A DNA stretch of 64,000 nucleotides, from NCBI RefSeq assembly GCF_009914755.1, contig NC_060930.1. The stretch is one strand, 5' to 3'. The stretch is from the human T2T-CHM13v2.0 reference genome, Homo sapiens. A model generated the notes under the pieces. The model did no database searches. It saw only the letters and a program-made list of their open reading frames with translations, and was not told where the DNA came from. The translations under genes and the position numbers were made by a program. Of this stretch, positions 1 through 14,225 are shown in pieces (positions within the stretch are counted from its first letter, which is position 1; each line of letters starts with the position of its first letter).

Positions 1-125
1 CTAATGGATGCTGATCATTCCCATAGGATGAGGGGATGATCTGTGCAGCAAACCACCATGGCACACGTTTACCTATGTAGCAAACCTGCACGTGTACCTG
101 AGCATGTACCCCTGAACTTAAAAAA
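1..125 (+). mobile_element. L1 3' end (older L1PA/L1PB type), cut by window edge
   Basis: gatctgtgcagcaaaccaccatggcacacgtttacctatg...cccctgaacttaaaa matches the L1 3'UTR terminus. Confidence 0.85.
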
Positions 126-441
126 TGAGGAAAAATCAATTTCATGTTGCTTACCTCTGTATCTAAACAATAAAGAAAAATGCCTTCATAATAGTTACTT
201 AGTATAAGTAATCAGCATCTCGCTTATAAGTATTCTGAGAATAAATATCTTGAATGAGAATACATAATATTTTCCAAGTGTTTGTCATACTTACACTGAA
301 AGGAGTTTAATGCTGGTTTTTTGAAAGTTAATGAATCAATTATTAATTGAGGAGAATTTATTTTATAAATAGAAAAATCAATTGACAATAACTGGAAGAA
401 TCAAATGCCACAAGTTGGCCATTCAAGCAAAAAGAAATTAA

Positions 442-650
442 GATTTATTATATATCCACTATGTGCCAGGCATTTTGCTAGGCACTTTATGATTACTTTT
501 TTATTTAACTCCCATTGTAACTCTGTGAGTTAAGTTATTTCTCCCCCTTTCCTGCCAAGAAAAGTAAGAGTCAGTAAGATTAACTACCTTGCTCAATGCT
601 CATATGTGACTGAGGCAGGAGTCAATACTATAGCTGACTTGAAAGCCAAA
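442..650 (-). mobile_element. MIR relic
   Basis: actatgtgccaggcatt...taagattaactaccttgctcaa resembles antisense MIR core. Confidence 0.55.
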
Positions 651-815
651 GATGATCTCTGAGAAAACTGTTGGGCACCTAGATAAAATGATGTTGAATG
701 TAACTGCATATGAATGTTAGTTCTAACCTTCACTTTCATGTGATAGTTCTGTAGTCTTTGGTCAGAGAGAATGCAGAACTCAAAATATTATCCTGACTTA
801 AATTATAAGTTTACT

Positions 816-1115
816 GGCCGGGCGCAGTGGCTCTCACGCCTGTAATCCCAGCACTTTGGGAGGCCGAGGCGGGTGGATCACTTGAGGTCAGGAGTTCGAG
901 ACCAGCCTGGCCAACATGGTGAAACCCCATCTCTATCAAAAATATAAAAAATTAGCCGGGTGTGGTGGTGCATGCCTGTAGTCCCAGCTACTCAGGAGGC
1001 CGAGGCAGAAGAATCACTTGAACCCAGGAGGGATAAGTAAGTTGCAGTGAGCCGAGATTGTGCCACTGCACTTCAGCTTGGGGTGACAGAGTGAGACTCC
1101 ATCTCAAAAAAAAAA
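816..1115 (+). mobile_element. AluS (Sx/Sz-like), full length
   Basis: GGCCGGGCGCAGTGGCTC start, dimer, A-tail; TSD ttataagtttact at 803-815 and 1119-1131. Confidence 0.97.
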
Positions 1116-2010
1116 GAGTTATAAGTTTACTTATTTCTGTATATTTGGCTCAGTTGGTAATATATGAGGAAAGGACTTAACCTGTTTGGACATTGCTACT
1201 ATTTGCATGGCATGGCCATTTCTTGCCCTTCTGAGTCCTCTTATTACACTGCATGACTGGAATTTTAGGTAGGGAAGAACAAAGAACCATTGTCTTCAAT
1301 TGGATTAACGTTTGCACCTTTGGCACCTCAAGTTGAGCCAGAAACCACTCTGAAGATGAAGTGAGACACAAGAACTTTCCTCCAACAGGTTCAGTTAGGA
1401 AAAGATAGGTAAGCATGACAGCCAAAGTGGAAAATGTGAACAGACGCATAAGAAGTCACGTCTCACTGAATCTAAAGTTTAAGCTAGCCTATATTTCAAT
1501 TGCTCCTATTTCTAGTAGGACACATAGTATCAACACAAACAGTAACTACATGTACGACTCAGATGAGCTACAATAAAGGCATTTGGTTGAATAAAATTTT
1601 GATAAGATAGTAATTAGTAATCTGTTTAATACCATACCAATAGTTGAAAAAGAACAAGATTTGCAGAACTGATAGATGCCCATTACTTTCTGGGAAAGGA
1701 AATACAATAGTAGATGCTCAAAAATGATAATAACTTTTCCAGAAACATTTAAAATGTACTGTAATTAACTCAGTAAATTAGACTCTATTATACTAGAAAC
1801 TTATATTCATAAAGGAAGGGAGCATAGAGGTGACAGTAGCAACGATTAGCATTATTTTATTCTATTTTGAAGATTAGAACTTCCTGATTATTTCATATCT
1901 TGCTAAAGTGATAGAAAAGCATATATATGCATTTCTAAATAAGCAATGTAACTGATATATATAGTATTATAAAATATTATAAGTGTTATATATGTACATA
2001 TGTTATATAT

Positions 2011-2389
2011 TGTATTAGTTTGTTTTCACACTGCTATAAAGATACTTCCCATGACTGGGTAATTCATAAAGGAAAGAGGTTTAATTGACTCACAGTTCCA
2101 CATGGCTGGGGACGCCTCAGGAAACTTATATTCGCGGCAGAAGGTGAAGAAGGAGCAAGCACCTTCTTCACAAGGTGGTAGGAAAGAGAGAGAGCGCAAA
2201 GGGGAAAGAGCCCCTTATAAAACCATCAGATCTTGTGAGAACTCACTCAATATCATGAGAATAGCATGGGGGGACCTGCCCCCATGATTCATTCACCTCC
2301 CACCAGGTCTCTCTCTCGACATGTGGGCACATGAGAATTATAGTTCAAGATAAGATTTGAGCACGGACACAGAGCCAAACCATATGACA
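2011..2389 (-). mobile_element. THE1/MST-type MaLR solo LTR (THE1C/D-like)
   Basis: tgtattagt...gaaagaggtttaattgactcacagttccacatggctggg...ccaaaccatatgaca; explains ORF 2102..2287. Confidence 0.9.
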
Positions 2390-2785
2390 TATACATAATA
2401 TATATAATATATATGTAAATATATAATATGTATTATATAATTGTTATAATATATAATTAGACAATTTATATATTATATATAACGTGTTATATATAACACA
2501 TGTTATATGTTATATATAACACATGTTATATATTATATGTAACATATTTACATGTTATATATAATATATAACATGTAAATATATAATATATAATATATTG
2601 TAAATATATAATATATAACGTATAATATATGTAAATTATATACAATATATGTGAATATGTATTATATATTGTATTATATATTATATATAATTATATATTA
2701 TATATGTAAATATGTATTATATGCAAATATATAATATACATTGTATATGTAAATATATAGTATATATTATGTAATATATATATAT
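2390..2785. repeat. Degenerate (TA)-rich low-complexity array, about 400 bp
   Basis: Nearly all A/T, with repeated tatataata/tatatgtaa units. Confidence 0.95.
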
Positions 2786-3190
2786 TTTTAATTTCCAACT
2801 TTTATTTTAAGCTCAGGGGCACAGGTGCAGGATGTGCAGCTTTGTTACATAGGTAAAGGTGTGCCATGGAGGTTTGCCGCACAAATCATCCCATCCCCCA
2901 GGTATTAAGCCCAGCATCCACTAGATATTCTTCCTGATCCTCTCTTTCCTCCCAGCCCCTGACCCTCTGACAGGCCCCAGTGTGCGTTGTTCCCCACCAT
3001 GTGTCCATGTGTTTTCATCATTTAGCTCCCACTTTTAAATGAGAACGTGTGCTATTTGGTTTTCTGTTTCTGCATTAATTTTCTAAGGATAATGGCCTCC
3101 AGCTCCATCCATGTCCCTGCAAGGACATGATCTCATTCCTTTTTATGGCTGCATAGTATTCCATGGTGTATATTTACCACATTTTCTTGA
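2785..3190 (-). mobile_element. L1 3' fragment (older L1PA/L1PB type)
   Basis: gtgcaggatgtgcagctttgttacataggtaaa...ttttatggctgcatagtattccatggtg is antisense L1 3'UTR. Confidence 0.92.
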
Positions 3191-5164
3191 ATACTGGATA
3201 TATAAATATAAATATAAATAAATGTAACCTCAGTCACACTAATGTTCTATATTTTTCTTTTTTTTTTCCCCTCTGTATCCCTGCCTCCACCACCACCCAA
3301 GTGTTGTATAAGTTTGTATCACTTGCTAATACTTGAGCTTGGTGTAGACAGTTGTCGAGGATACATAAGGGTGTGCTAGAATATAATAATGATGAGGTAG
3401 TTCATAGCAAAATATTAAAAAGCAAATGAGCAAAAAAAGTAGATATTAAGGAATACATGTCATTAATATTTATAATATATGGGTGTTCAATAAGGGTATT
3501 TTTAATTAATGTTGAATTAATTATAAGGTGAGGAAATATTTTAAATTAGTGTTTAATATACTATAGGACCCATATCTTTTGAAAAACACTCTATGTGATA
3601 ATATTTATTTTATTGGGACATTTATAAATTGGTTTAATACAATGTATACTTTCCTAATTTAAACAAGAGCATAAATTCCAATTGCTTATTTATAAAAAAC
3701 AATTTGGGATTTTTTTTAATAGAAATGGGAAATTATAAATGCCTTAATTCATTTTCAATTATTTCAAAGGTGAGAAGAAAAAGAATGCCAAAAATGTGGA
3801 CCATTTTATTATTTAGTTAAGCATTATAGTACTGCAAATCCTTTTTCCACCATCTTTTCAAACTTTTGCCGTGACAGAATTGTTTTTGATACCCACATAG
3901 AAAAGATTAAATGAGTAGAAAAGAAGATCAATATGAAAAATTTAAAGGAACTGTCATTTTTCAGCCTAGGAAGAGAGAGAATGCCGAAAGACTTCTAATG
4001 TATGGAGTTTAAACATCAGATGGTGATTGATTGCTATTAATTTATGTCAGCAAAGGAGGAGAAGAAATACGTAAAACTGCCTCTGAAGAATTTACATTAA
4101 ACACCAAAAGAATCTGACTCTGAAAATGAAGAAACAAGGAATATTGTTTGTTTTGGGAATCAAAAAAAAAAAAAAACTTCCCATTTGAGTACACAATTTC
4201 CTAAACAAGATACATGATAATTCCATACACTATGTTTTCCGAAGAAACTTTGTAAAACGTATTTTCATTATTCAAAACTTGAAAACACAGAAACAATATG
4301 ATGCAAAAAATTATCTTTAGCATTATTCCACTAAGATAATTCATTTTAACATCCATATATTCATTATTATGTAAAATACCTATCAGTATGTGGGTATATC
4401 TTTGTGTGTATATTTTAACAAAACAAAATTCAATAAAAATTGAAATACAGAAATGACAAAAACACACAAAAAATATAAATTATTTCCATTGTAGCATATA
4501 TTACCTTTTTCACCTAACATTATACTGTAGGAATATATTCTTTCATCATTCAATGCTTTTGAAAATATAATAATATTCCATTTTAAGGACATGCTATAAT
4601 TTAGTTCATTAGTTTTTAAACTTTTAGATTATCTCATTTTGTCATCATTTAAAAAAAGTGTTCCTGGATGTCCTTTTGCATAGACTTTTGAATGTATTTC
4701 TGACTATTTTCTTAACCTGTCCTGTACTTCTGCAAGTAGAACTGCTTGAGCAGAGATTAGGAGCAATTTTAAGGTTTTTCAAAAATCTTGACAAACTATT
4801 CTGCAGGAAAAATGTATCTTGTTACCATCAGCATTTTTAAGTAACTAGTGACTAATTGTAAAAATAATTGTGTTTCCTTGTATTTAAGCCTTGCGCTATA
4901 GATTTTAAAAATTTGTCCTTTTTTTTTTTTCATTTGTAAAAAAAAGCCATCTAAAAGACCTTAGAACCTGGTATCAGCTGAAGCTTACTAAACCATATCA
5001 AGAAGATCATGTCATTCTCAAGAAAAGCATGTTTCAAATAAAAAGGAAATGTCAGCCCTGAGCGTTTTTATTAACCATCTCCCCATCTGACTTCAGAGAC
5101 AGCTTTAGCTGACCACTTCCTCTCTCGGGTTTATTTGTATTAGAAATAAGTGGATTCATTAACT

Positions 5165-5181
5165 GTGCCACTTGGTGGTCA
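5165..5181 (-). promoter_or_regulatory. Candidate CTCF core motif
   Basis: Reverse complement TGACCACCAAGTGGCAC; 13/14 match to CCASYAGRKGGCRS. Confidence 0.45.
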
Positions 5182-5794
5182 GGCCAGGCCTGCCAGTGTC
5201 CAATAACAGGTAATGGTTGTATTTTTCACGGGGTGACTGATGTTTACTTTGTTGATGGCCCCAGGAGCTCATGTAATCTGAGATAGGTCTTTGTTTACTT
5301 CTTGTTTTACTGATATGCTGACCCATTTGAAACTAGCGAGAAAGAAAAATAAACATTCTGGAATATGGTACCTGAAGTCACTCTTCCTTAGTGGCTTTAT
5401 TGTAACCTCTTCAAAGGCTTTTGTTAACCCACTCTTTTCCCAGCAAAAAACCCTGATCTGGTCTCTTTTCCAATTAAACCAAAAGCAATATCACACCAAA
5501 TAAGCAAACAGAAAATATTGAAATTACCACTTAAAGAGAGTTTTATCTGGGGTTTAATTGTGTGTGTACTCAAGCGTTTTGTGTAGGTCATTTGCTAATG
5601 ACATCTAGTAATTTTTAAAAACTGGATAAAACTGATACTGAGCCTGTCTACAGCAATTTAACTATTTTGGGGGAGTATAAAGTTAGATTTGTCTATACTG
5701 ACTTGTTTGCTCCATTTTAAAAACTGTGTTGGAATGATTTATTATGGATGATCCAAAATAAACGTGAAGTGAGGAAACTATTTTTTAATTACCA

Positions 5795-6016
5795 CTGGTA
5801 GCATATTTAATGGAATTGTGTTATTGTGCCAGAAACCTTATTGAGCTATATTTGTTCTATTATCTTACTCATCAGCACAGCAAAAGTTCATATTTCAAGG
5901 GTGAAGGAAGTGAGGCATAGAGAGGTTAAATAATTCCCCAAAGGCAGAGGGCCGCCAATTGGTGAATGTCAGACATAATCCCACGCCTGCCTGAGGCCGG
6001 AGTCCATATTCTTAAC
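5795..6016 (-). mobile_element. MIR
   Basis: gaaggaagtgaggcatagagaggttaaataattcccca resembles the MIR core. Confidence 0.7.
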
Positions 6017-7721
6017 AGACATCCTCTTTTGTCTCCTTATTTCATGATGCCAAATATGCATGACGCTGATATAAAGCGTATATATTGGAATCTGTATATT
6101 CAAATGAGCGATGTCCATTCAGTCAAACTGGAAGTATGCCAATTACCTTCCTATATTCAACACTTAGCTCAGAGATGATGAGGCACTTCACAGTTGTTTA
6201 ATTGCACTGAGCACCCACCCCACAAGCCCATTTTACTTCTGTTCAAACCAGGTTTGCTATTCTAATTTTGGAATTATGTTCATTTGCAATCTGAGTCACA
6301 AGAGTAAATAAACTTTATCAGTATATCTTTAAAATTATGTATACATTTATAATGTATTTATGTATAGAAATATATAAACACATTTATATAAACACACACA
6401 TATCTCTATAAATCCACATATTTACACTTGACTACTAAAAATTAGTTACAATATTTGTCTCTTCTATGTGTTTTCAAAAGTTATATTTAATCCCAAAGAA
6501 TTACCATGATGATGTATGACAGATTCAAAAAGGAGATTCAACAGAATTTGAGGAATTGTAACACAGTTAGAAAAACATAGCCCCAAAGCAAACACTTTTA
6601 GGGAATATTCTTTATATTAAGTATGAGTATTAAAAAATTTGATTAAAAGTGTTTATATATTACTTTATACTTGTGTATATTACATCCACACCCTGTATAC
6701 ATAATATAGTTAATATATATGTGTATACATCATGTATATAGGCTGTGAAAGTAATATTAATATATGAATAAGTACATATGTACATTTAAAAATTGTCGTA
6801 TGTACTCAAAATGCATATTTTTTCAGAAGACTGACAATTACATTCTAGCACAAAACTTATTCAAAACCTCTAGTCCATAAGACATGAGAATCAGCAGGTT
6901 CCACTTGTGCCCCGTGGGTCTGTAGCCGATTCAGGGTGGCAACTGCCACATCTTCCCCTCCTGATTTATTTGCTTTCGGTCAGTTTGGCAGCTGCCCCCA
7001 CAACAGCCTGAGAACGCAATCTATACTTCACAGAAAGGCATTTGGAATAGAAGAGGGTTTCTGAGGGCATTTAAAAAAATAAATGAAATAAAGATGTTGC
7101 TAAAAGCTATCCTCTCAGATTCACAAGGCTGACAGGAAAACAAAGTTTCAACTTGCAAACAGCATGAACTGGCCAAGTGGTTTGCTCTGTCATGGACAGC
7201 AGCAAGGCTGGCATGCAGTCTTGCTGTGCTCACACTATTGGCCCTGTGAAAACTCAGGCCAGATCTCCTGTCCAGACAAGAGCCTGGGTTATTGGGAGAA
7301 AAATCCATTTTAACTATTACATTCATTTTCATTTTTCCAGGAATACAATCCAAAATCGCAGGCAGCACTTGGAAACAATTCTTGGCAACTGTATTCAGTT
7401 GAAGAAACTCAGAATATGAAAGCATTAACATAGAGTGCAACCAAAACACAAATAAGAATCACCCAAGCTGGGCTACAAGAATAGCTACTGTTTACTCTGA
7501 GTGGATATTTATGAAGAGCCGTAGTAAGAAAGATCTTTTTGATGATAACAGAGCGGTGTATGGCATGATATTAATTCTGCCTCATTAGTGAAATGAAAAA
7601 CTCTGAGATAGGTGTGACAAAGAAAATTATCACTGTTTCTCATTCAGTGTTAATTTCACTTCTTGAATTAAATTCTGCTCATTCTCTTCGGTGCATTTAA
7701 AATTATTCCTTTCTTTTGATA

Positions 7722-8133
7722 CATATATATATCTATATCCTATGGAATACTACTCAGGCATAAAAATGAATGAAATCATGTGTTTTGCAGCAGCATGGAT
7801 GAATCTGGAGGCCATCATCCTAAGTGAAATAACTCAGAAACATGTTCTCACTTATATCACAAATATCTCACTCACAAATATCACATGTTCTCACTTATAA
7901 GTGGGAGCTAAACAGTTAATACACATGGACATAGAGAGTGGAATAATAGGCATTGGAGAACTCCAAAAGAAGGAAAAGTGGGAGCAGGGGTGAGAAATGA
8001 GAAATTACTTCATGGGTACAGTATACATATTCAAGTGATGGGTACACTAAAAGTGCAGAATTCACCACAATGCAATATATCCATGTAACAAAACTGCACT
8101 TGTACCCCCCAAATCTATACACATGAAAAAAAA
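7722..8133 (+). mobile_element. L1MA-type 3' end, 5'-truncated
   Basis: atggaatactactcag...catgtaacaaaactgcacttgtaccccc plus A-tail; TSD-like aaaattRttcctttc at 7699-7713 and 8130-8144. Confidence 0.9.
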
Positions 8134-8274
8134 TTGTTCCTTTCCAATATCAGCATGTATTAGAATCAGGAATGGTTTATACATTAAACACTATAAGCAC
8201 AGCCCTTATGGAATGTGAGCCTTTTGAAGATACATTATTTGGATAGAGCTTGAATTTTTTTTTAAAAAAAGAAC

Positions 8275-8500
8275 AATAATAGTAACATGCATTGAGTGTT
8301 TACTTTGTACCAGGTATGCTATGAGGGTTTTACATCCATTAACTCTCTTGATCCCCACACCACCCTTTGGGCAAGGTACTTAAATTATCATCATATGCAA
8401 AACTTGACATGTAGAGAGAATAAGGAACTCGCTCAAGGTTAGACTGATAATAAGTGACGGAGCTGATCTTCTAACCCCTGGAGTTGACTTTGCCACCACA
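8275..8500 (-). mobile_element. MIR
   Basis: attgagtgtttactttgtaccagg...aaggaactcgctcaaggt. Confidence 0.65.
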
Positions 8501-8589
8501 CTGCCTTCTCACACATGTTCAGAACCCTCAATCTTTTCTCAACAGAAGAACCCCAAAGTCTGTTTTGTGTCTTTTTCTATTCAAACACC

Positions 8590-8940
8590 CAGACAGAGGG
8601 AAGAGCAAAGGTCCTATGGCCCAGGGAAGTCTGGCTTGATGGAGAAAATGAAAGCTGATAGATGTGGATGAAAAAACAAACTGCGGTCAAACTAACATGA
8701 AAAAAGGGCCAACTAGGTAGGACCTTACCGGGTAGGTCCAGATTTTGATCTTTATCCTTAGAACAATGAGAAGCCCATGAGGCATTTAGCCAATTAACGG
8801 TTTATAAAGTTCACTTTGGAAGCAATTAGAAAATCAGCATGAAATGGAGGGGGCTGAGTGGATATCAGGAGAAGGCTGAGGCTAACTCAGCAGCCCAGGA
8901 AGAGAAGCAAGGTCTTAGATTAAGGGACTGGTGATGTGAG
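8590..8940 (-). mobile_element. L2 relic
   Basis: agagggaagagcaaaggtcct...tttgatctttatccttagaacaatgagaagcccatgagg resembles antisense L2. Confidence 0.55.
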
Positions 8941-10333
8941 AGTGTTCAGTGAAGCTCAGGCAGCCTCCGCTTCTTGGGGCTGACCCTGCTTGGAAGCCAA
9001 GGAGGTCCGGTTGTTGGTGTGTAGATGCCCTCAATATGATACTTTTGCTTAAGAAATAATTTTTCCCATTCCAATTTTTTAATGCAAAATTCTACTAATT
9101 TTTAATGTAATTCATGGATATCATTCTAGAACATGATTTAAGCCATTTGAAATTTATAAGAAAACATAGGAAAAAATTACATGTTAAATTTGGCATGATA
9201 CGTAATGAGACTAACAGAATTAGTAATTTTTTTCTCTTGGATCCCTCCTTCCATAGTTAATAATAATAATCATAATAAATCTGGCCTGGAACAATAATGA
9301 AAAAGTTAAACCAACACAAAATCATTAGGCTGTTTGCTTTTCTTGAGTTCCACCCAACATGTGACTTCAGTATTTTCACGAGGATTAGGATCATTTTCTA
9401 TATAAATCTCTATTGCATCATTAGCTTTCAGGTAGTTGAAAAATTTCAGTATAATTTGTAATAGTTTTGACTTGATAAATTTCCTATTTGCATTTAATTT
9501 GCTACATTTTATAATATCTGCAGAAAGACTCTAAAGTATATGTCCAATTTTTCTTAATAGAAAAAAATACTAGCTTGTCAAAGCTTTATTTGAAATGTAC
9601 AGCTTGATTATAAATTACAAGAAATTAAAGTGTGGGTTTCACTGACTACTTAATACTGAGTAGCCTTAGCCCATGTTTTGACCTAATAATCTGCCAGATT
9701 TCTCCTCAAGTATACTTAACACTTGTTGAAAGAAAGTTTATTAAGATTTCCATTAGGAATGACTGCTACTGGGAAATATAATTTATAGGACTGTCTGTTA
9801 CAGAAATAAAGCAAGCCAGATTGATCCAGGATTCAAAAGAGTATTGTTTGTATCCACAATAAACCAATAAAATCTTTCTAAATGTGTTTCTGTTTATACT
9901 TCCAAAGAGCATTGCTGGAAAGCTCAAAGATACGTGATTTTTCTGTACTACTATTTAAGAGCATGTTTATTAAAGTTGTTATTTTTCTAGGGCAACTTTT
10001 GTTTACAAATGATGTAAAAATAGTGCCCAAAGATACTGACTAACTGCAATGACTGTATTTGTGGTAGTAGGTGTGACCCAAGTGAGAGCCCAAGACAAAA
10101 AGCAAAACAAGAAAACAAAGACAGAGGATTATGGTCTCAAATCCTACACAAAACTTGGGAAGAACTGCTGTCCTTTCTTTGTCAGCAGAATTCTCTAAAA
10201 GCCACATGTTTATTTTTGGCCTATAGGGAGTTTAGTGCGGCTCATTGTTTGTACAAAGCTATTTCAGTGACTGATTATTATTAATTACCCTCCTGAAAGA
10301 ACGTCAAGTCAGACAGGACTCAAGTTTCAGAAC

Positions 10334-10650
10334 TAAGGTATGTAACAGCCCTTCCCGTTTGACTAGGATGATCCTGATGGTGGCTTTTTTGTGTACCCAC
10401 GGGCAAGGCCAAAATGGCCTGACTGGGCCCAGGGCCTTCGTGGGCTGTCCTGTATGGCACCCCTAGTGAGGAGGAAACATTTTACTTACGTGTGACATTT
10501 ACTCAGAAACTTGACTATAAGTATGGTGAATGTATGGTTTATGGCATAAACAGCAACATGTTTGTGAAGTAAAGATGGCGTTCTTCATAACAATGGCGGT
10601 TCAACCAGCATGAACTAGAACTGTCCTGGGAAAACTAGAAAACACAACTG
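10334..10650. mobile_element. Possible hAT-Blackjack (MER94/MER81-like) DNA transposon relic
   Basis: Degenerate inverted termini cccgtttgactaggatgatcctg ... ctagaactgtcctgggaaaactagaa. Confidence 0.3.
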
Positions 10651-11424
10651 AGGACCGAGAAACAAAAGGTCTCATGTATACCCCAAAATGGTATTAAAAA
10701 GAGACAAAATACTAAAGTATAAATAGCTTATTATAAGACACAATTTTGAGCATGCTTTCTTTACTTTAGATACAATTTGCAAAATCTTCCCTGTAGCTTT
10801 ATGTCAGTCCAGGGCCGCTGATTATGAAATTGCAAATTTGAAGAATGAGGTGGCTTCCTTAATAAGTAGCAGTTGATAACCACTAAGGAAGCATGAACAA
10901 CAAAAGTGGCCAAATCAAAAGGCACAAGAAGTGTTCAAAGTAAACCAAAATTTAGGAGCTACAGTTTTATTTCATAAGTGAAAATTTAGTAAGCCTCAAA
11001 AACATCACATAGAGTGTCTGTCTGGGCTGCAAGACCCTGAAGTGGCAACTCCATTTCCAAACTTTGCATCAAAATATTCCAATCTGAATGGGCTTTTATT
11101 TTCTGAGAGGATGAGTTAAATCAATTTACATGTGTTGATTGAGTTCTTATCACTTGTTTAAGAAGTGTGTCACTTTCCAGGTATCCTATGTCTTCCCCTT
11201 GATTTCGAAAGTCACCAGGCAAGAGAATTAGATCCATTCAGTTTAAATTTATGATTTTCTATACTCAGAAAAACCCCATTTTAAAAAGTATAATATAGTT
11301 CCTTTTCCCCAAGATTTTTCTATATTTTCCACATATTTTTTAAAAATGTAATTGGTCATCTTATTAAAATTCATAAATAGAATAGATGAGTAAATAGAGA
11401 ATTTAAAAATAGAATGAGTGAGCC

Positions 11425-11815
<391 letters not shown>

Positions 11816-11978
11816 TCAGTTTGTAATGTGGGTGCATTCTGAAAGAGAGGGTCCGGGAATGAAGGTCCTGAGGATACAGAAAGAATTTCTTAGAGGCTGC
11901 TTAGCAAAAACTGACTCTACATGCAAATTAAGGTTCCATTTAATTTGAGACATTGTTGTCATTAAAAGTGGAGAGAGA

Positions 11979-12320
<342 letters not shown>

Positions 12321-13419
12321 CTACCAAAAGACACATAGATCATCTTAGTAGGATTCCAAAGCATGAGAATTACTGTTGACCAATTCCCTACCTCTATGGA
12401 TTTTAGTGCAGGCAGCCAGTCTTTATGTTACACCTTCCGGTCACAGAAATAAAGCAGGAACTAGATATTGTTAAGAGAAAAAAGAGATAATGAGACAGTC
12501 ATTGTAGAAGCAGAGCTCTTTTTGCATTCTGTTGCCTTTTGTTTGTGATGACATCTGAGGAAGAGAGCTAACAGGAAGTGCAGCCAATCTCCCTATAAAC
12601 AGGGTGGGCTGAGGCATGGGCTAGAGGCATTGGCAGGGTGAGCTCCAGCATGAAGCCATCATGAGCCTGATAAATGATTTGAGAAATACGTACTTATCTA
12701 TGACTAGTAAATCAAAGTTCCCTAAAACATCTCAAAGTTCAAAATTATTCTTTGCCTCAGGATCAGGGGAACCAGGATGTGGGCATGAAAAACTCCAAAT
12801 CATAAAATTCAAGACATTTTGATAAAGTTTTAGACATTTAATAAGGATCTGTCTGAAGTGGTCTTACCTAGATAAAGCAAAACAAATTTGCAAGCATCTT
12901 TTGGAAATTACAGGAAGAGAAATGTTTTGGTGAACAAAAATGAAGCATTAATTTAATAAATATATCACTAATAATATTTAGTTTTTATTATTTTATTTCA
13001 GCTAATGTATATATTAAATCATACATATGGCTTTTCACAGGTTCAGGCACAAGCATTCCAACTGTCTCTCTAGTTTTTAATTTCTTTTTTCCTCTTTAAG
13101 TTTCCAAAAATGGGTTCTTCTTAACGTTATTTGGAGCTGAAGTATCTACAATGTGCAGAAGAGTTTCTTTGAATACACATGGCAGCATTATTGGTTTACT
13201 ATGGTTTGCGGAAGTAATTGTTCTAAGTTGAGTTGTCATTTAGGAGAACACTCTCTTGCTCTTGCTTAGATATCTGGATACCAAAACCTGGATATAATTT
13301 ATTTTATCCTTCTGTAAAGCTATCCTGTGATACTGTAGACTGGGATGATAATGCAAATATATACAATCATCGATGTTTATTATCTAAACATGATTACTCA
13401 AATGCATCTGTCAGGTCTA

Positions 13420-13807
13420 TCTATTAGTTTGCTAGGACTGCCATAACAAAGTACCACAGACCGGGTGGTTTAAACCACAGAATTTCATTTTCTCACGGTC
13501 TAGGAGGCTAGAAGCCTGAGATCAAGTGTTGGCAGGATTGGTTTCCCCTGAGGCCTCTCCCCTCAGCTAATAGATGGCTGTCTTCTCACAGTGTCCTCAC
13601 ATGGCTTTCCCTCTGTGTGTCTATGTCCTCATCTCCCCTACCTATAAGGATGCCTGTCCTGTTGGATTAGGGCCCACCCATATGAGCTCATTTAACTTTC
13701 ATCACCTCTTTCAAGGCCCTGTCTCCAAATACAGTCACAATCTGAGGTCCTGGAGGTGAGGACTTCAACATAGGAGTTTGGGGGAACATACATATACATA
13801 CATAACA
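13420..13807 (-). mobile_element. MLT1A/B-type MaLR solo LTR
   Basis: tattagtttgctaggactgccataacaaagtaccacagac...cataaca; exact 5-bp TSD gtcta (13415-13419, 13808-13812). Confidence 0.92.
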
Positions 13808-14225
13808 GTCTATGTATAATACATGGAATGTTAACCTTACCATTGGTGTCAATTCAGGGTTATTTGCTAGACTGTATTCGAGCCTTTTAATAATTATTTA
13901 TTCTTGTACTATTCTGCCAAATGCTTCTTTCTCAAACTAACTTTGAGGAAATAAAATAGAAATGAATGACTCTCCTTTGTGATGTGCTTTAGACGCAGAA
14001 CTATTGCTGATGACAAATTCTGATGACACCTGAGGTTAAGACATTGGTGCCCTGTGCACATCGCTCATTAGCATCCATGACAGCCATTTAACACATAATC
14101 TATTCCTTACTTTGTGGGGCTCTGAGCTGTGCACACCAGGAAAACAGAGTCCTGGGGTCCCTGTTGCGTTATTTACCTCTGTTTTGAGCTGTTAAGTCCA
14201 CCACAGCCATTTAGTAAATTATCAG

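Noticed and set aside
30-2895. Inverted similarity between about 30-125 and 2800-2895
   Set aside because: Both are 3' ends of related L1 elements, most simply independent insertions
7021-7449. 142-aa minus-strand ORF in non-repeat sequence
   Set aside because: Begins at a non-ATG codon, resembles no protein family I recognise, has no supporting exon structure, and this length is expected by chance in 64 kb
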